Source: Oscillospiraceae bacterium (GTDB lineage Bacteria; Bacillota; Clostridia; Oscillospirales; CAG-272). Taken from it: DNA of 64,000 nt. The position numbers were made by a program, and so were the translations under genes. This document shows positions 62,658 to 64,000 of this stretch, piece by piece. Location: NCBI GenBank assembly GCA_015063305.1, contig SVUJ01000005.1, positions 34,484 through 98,483 on the forward strand, written 5' to 3'. The notes below the pieces were generated by a model that was given only the letters and a program-made list of their open reading frames with translations, ran no database searches and had not been told where the DNA came from. Every line of letters starts with the position of its first letter. Position 1 is the first letter of the stretch.

Positions 62658-63947
62658 TTAGTTTTCTTTTTTCTTAGCAACGAGTGCAACACCAAGACCG
62701 AGCATTTGGACTATTGCGAGTGCTGAGAGTGAAAGGGAATTCTGACAGCTGTCTGCTTCGGGGACTGTCGTTTGTTCGGTGGTTTGCTCTGTAGTTGTGG
62801 TGTTCGGTCTGTATGCGGGATCGCCATCGGAAGGCGGTATAAGGTCGTTTGTGGTATTTTGGGTGGTTGTGGTAGATACTGTTGTATTATCGGTTGTCTG
62901 ATTGACCCCGGAGGTTTGAGAGGTGGTTGTAGCCGCCGAGGTAGCTTCTTCGAAAAGCTCAGGGGGCATCGTTGAAGGCTCTTGACCGAGCACATAAGTG
63001 TCCTCGTAGAAGCAGATATATCTCAAAAATCTCCAGGAAGAAGAATAAGCGTCAGCGGCAGCTTCGCCGTAATGATAATGCAAAAAATCTGTTGAGCTGT
63101 CGTAACCATTAGCAACAAAGGGTTCGTTGGGAAGAAAGGCTTGAAGGGTTATTCTGGAGAGATCGCAAAAAGCCTCTCTTTTTGCAACGCAATAGTAACC
63201 GATAGATCTTACCTCTGTTTCATTTTCCTTGGTAGCACTCATAATAGCTTCCTTTGAAATTCTGAACTCGGCGGTAACGTTCTCAAAGTCATACACGTCG
63301 AAGTGCCTTTTTGCTACGGCATCATACTCATCAGGCTCTACCTTTGATGTCAGAGGATTATCGCCGCATTTTAGGGCTCTAAAAGAGAAATCAGCATCGT
63401 AGTTTATACCCTTTCCGCCTACTACTGTAACATTGCTGTTGGTGTCTGAATCATAGCCATCTTTCACATAATTTGTGCCTATGGGAAGATCGATTTCTAT
63501 TTCGCCCGTGTTTTCAACGCCCGCTCCGTCGAATATTGCCGACTGAGAAAGGTTGTATCTCAATTCCACCGATAACACGTTCTCGGTGTATACAAACGCA
63601 ATGTAAATGTTTTCATCGTCCTGAGCCACGTATTCGGTCACAGAATAGCCCTGTTGAGGTTCTGCCAACGCGCCGAAATTGAGCTCGTAGGGAAGGTCAA
63701 CCCCATCTTCATTTTTTGCTTTAAAAACTCTTTTTGATGTATACTCATTAAGGTTTACCACACCGTCCATAACGGGGGCGGTAGAAATGTTCTCTGAAAC
63801 GAAGGTGGGGTTGATACCGTAAGGTCTTAAAAGGTCGGCAACGTTAACGCCTAAAGCGCCGAGGTCTCTTTCTGTCGCCGAAATAGTCAGCGCAACCGCC
63901 GAAACGAGCATTGCAAGACAAAGCATAATAGCGATAAATTTTTTCAT
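62658..63947 (-). CDS. Secreted or cell-surface protein (paralogue 2) with the same architecture
   Basis: MKKFIAIMLCLAMLVSAVALTISA signal peptide. TAPVMDGVVNLNEY. RFLRYICFYED (paralogue 1 has RLLRFICLYED). Thr-rich linker. C-terminus DSCQNSLSLSALAIVQMLGLGVALVAKKKEN. Confidence 0.7.
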   Translation of the reverse strand: MKKFIAIMLCLAMLVSAVALTISATERDLGALGVNVADLLRPYGINPTFVSENISTAPVMDGVVNLNEYTSKRVFKAKNEDGVDLPYELNFGALAEPQQGYSVTEYVAQDDENIYIAFVYTENVLSVELRYNLSQSAIFDGAGVENTGEIEIDLPIGTNYVKDGYDSDTNSNVTVVGGKGINYDADFSFRALKCGDNPLTSKVEPDEYDAVAKRHFDVYDFENVTAEFRISKEAIMSATKENETEVRSIGYYCVAKREAFCDLSRITLQAFLPNEPFVANGYDSSTDFLHYHYGEAAADAYSSSWRFLRYICFYEDTYVLGQEPSTMPPELFEEATSAATTTSQTSGVNQTTDNTTVSTTTTQNTTNDLIPPSDGDPAYRPNTTTTEQTTEQTTVPEADSCQNSLSLSALAIVQMLGLGVALVAKKKEN

Positions 63948-64000
63948 AGTGTCCTCCTGGGAAAATGCTTACAAATAACAGTGTAAATTAACGGTCAATA

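Overview
This window looks like core chromosome from a spore-forming Clostridia-class Firmicute, inferred from gene content only. Nearly all of it is coding.

Gene content, left to right:
- A dcw (division/cell-wall) cluster: class B PBP, murE, murF, a polysaccharide deacetylase, mraY, ftsW/spoVE, murG, ftsQ and ftsZ.
- An isolated, inverted sigG.
- A sulfonate/nitrate-type ABC importer with a Crp/Fnr regulator.
- The complete spoIIIAA-AH operon.
- DUF951-yfhO-ruvA-ruvB, divergent from ruvC.
- ecfA1-ecfA2-ecfT-truA.
- pgsA, a ClpC-like ATPase and a P-type-ATPase-like protein with degenerate motifs.
- ylmC, rpsB and tsf, then rpmH-rnpA-yidD-yidC-jag.
- trpS, a class A PBP, and a redox/dNTP module (rubredoxin, TrxB-like, NrdD, NrdG).
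- A Na/Pi transporter, one tRNA(CAT), and two tandem paralogous surface proteins.

I found no CRISPR array, transposase, integrase or recognisable defence genes.

Most unusual observations:
1. NrdD carries a C-terminal thioredoxin-fold domain. It sits next to a TrxB homologue that lacks the NADPH-binding HRRxxxR motif, and next to a rubredoxin gene.
2. A 900-aa P-type-ATPase homologue has every catalytic signature degenerate.
3. There are two families of structured intergenic repeats. One is a modular hairpin mosaic with a 27-bp perfect inverted-repeat element. The other is a set of arrays of phased 7-mers separated by unique tetraloop hairpins. They sit at apparent synteny breakpoints and around the tRNA.
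4. A ThyX-fold protein lacks the RHR...SxRY signature.
5. Two paralogous surface proteins share a conserved Cys-containing C-terminal anchor that is not LPXTG.

All functional calls come from reading motifs by eye. No database search was run.
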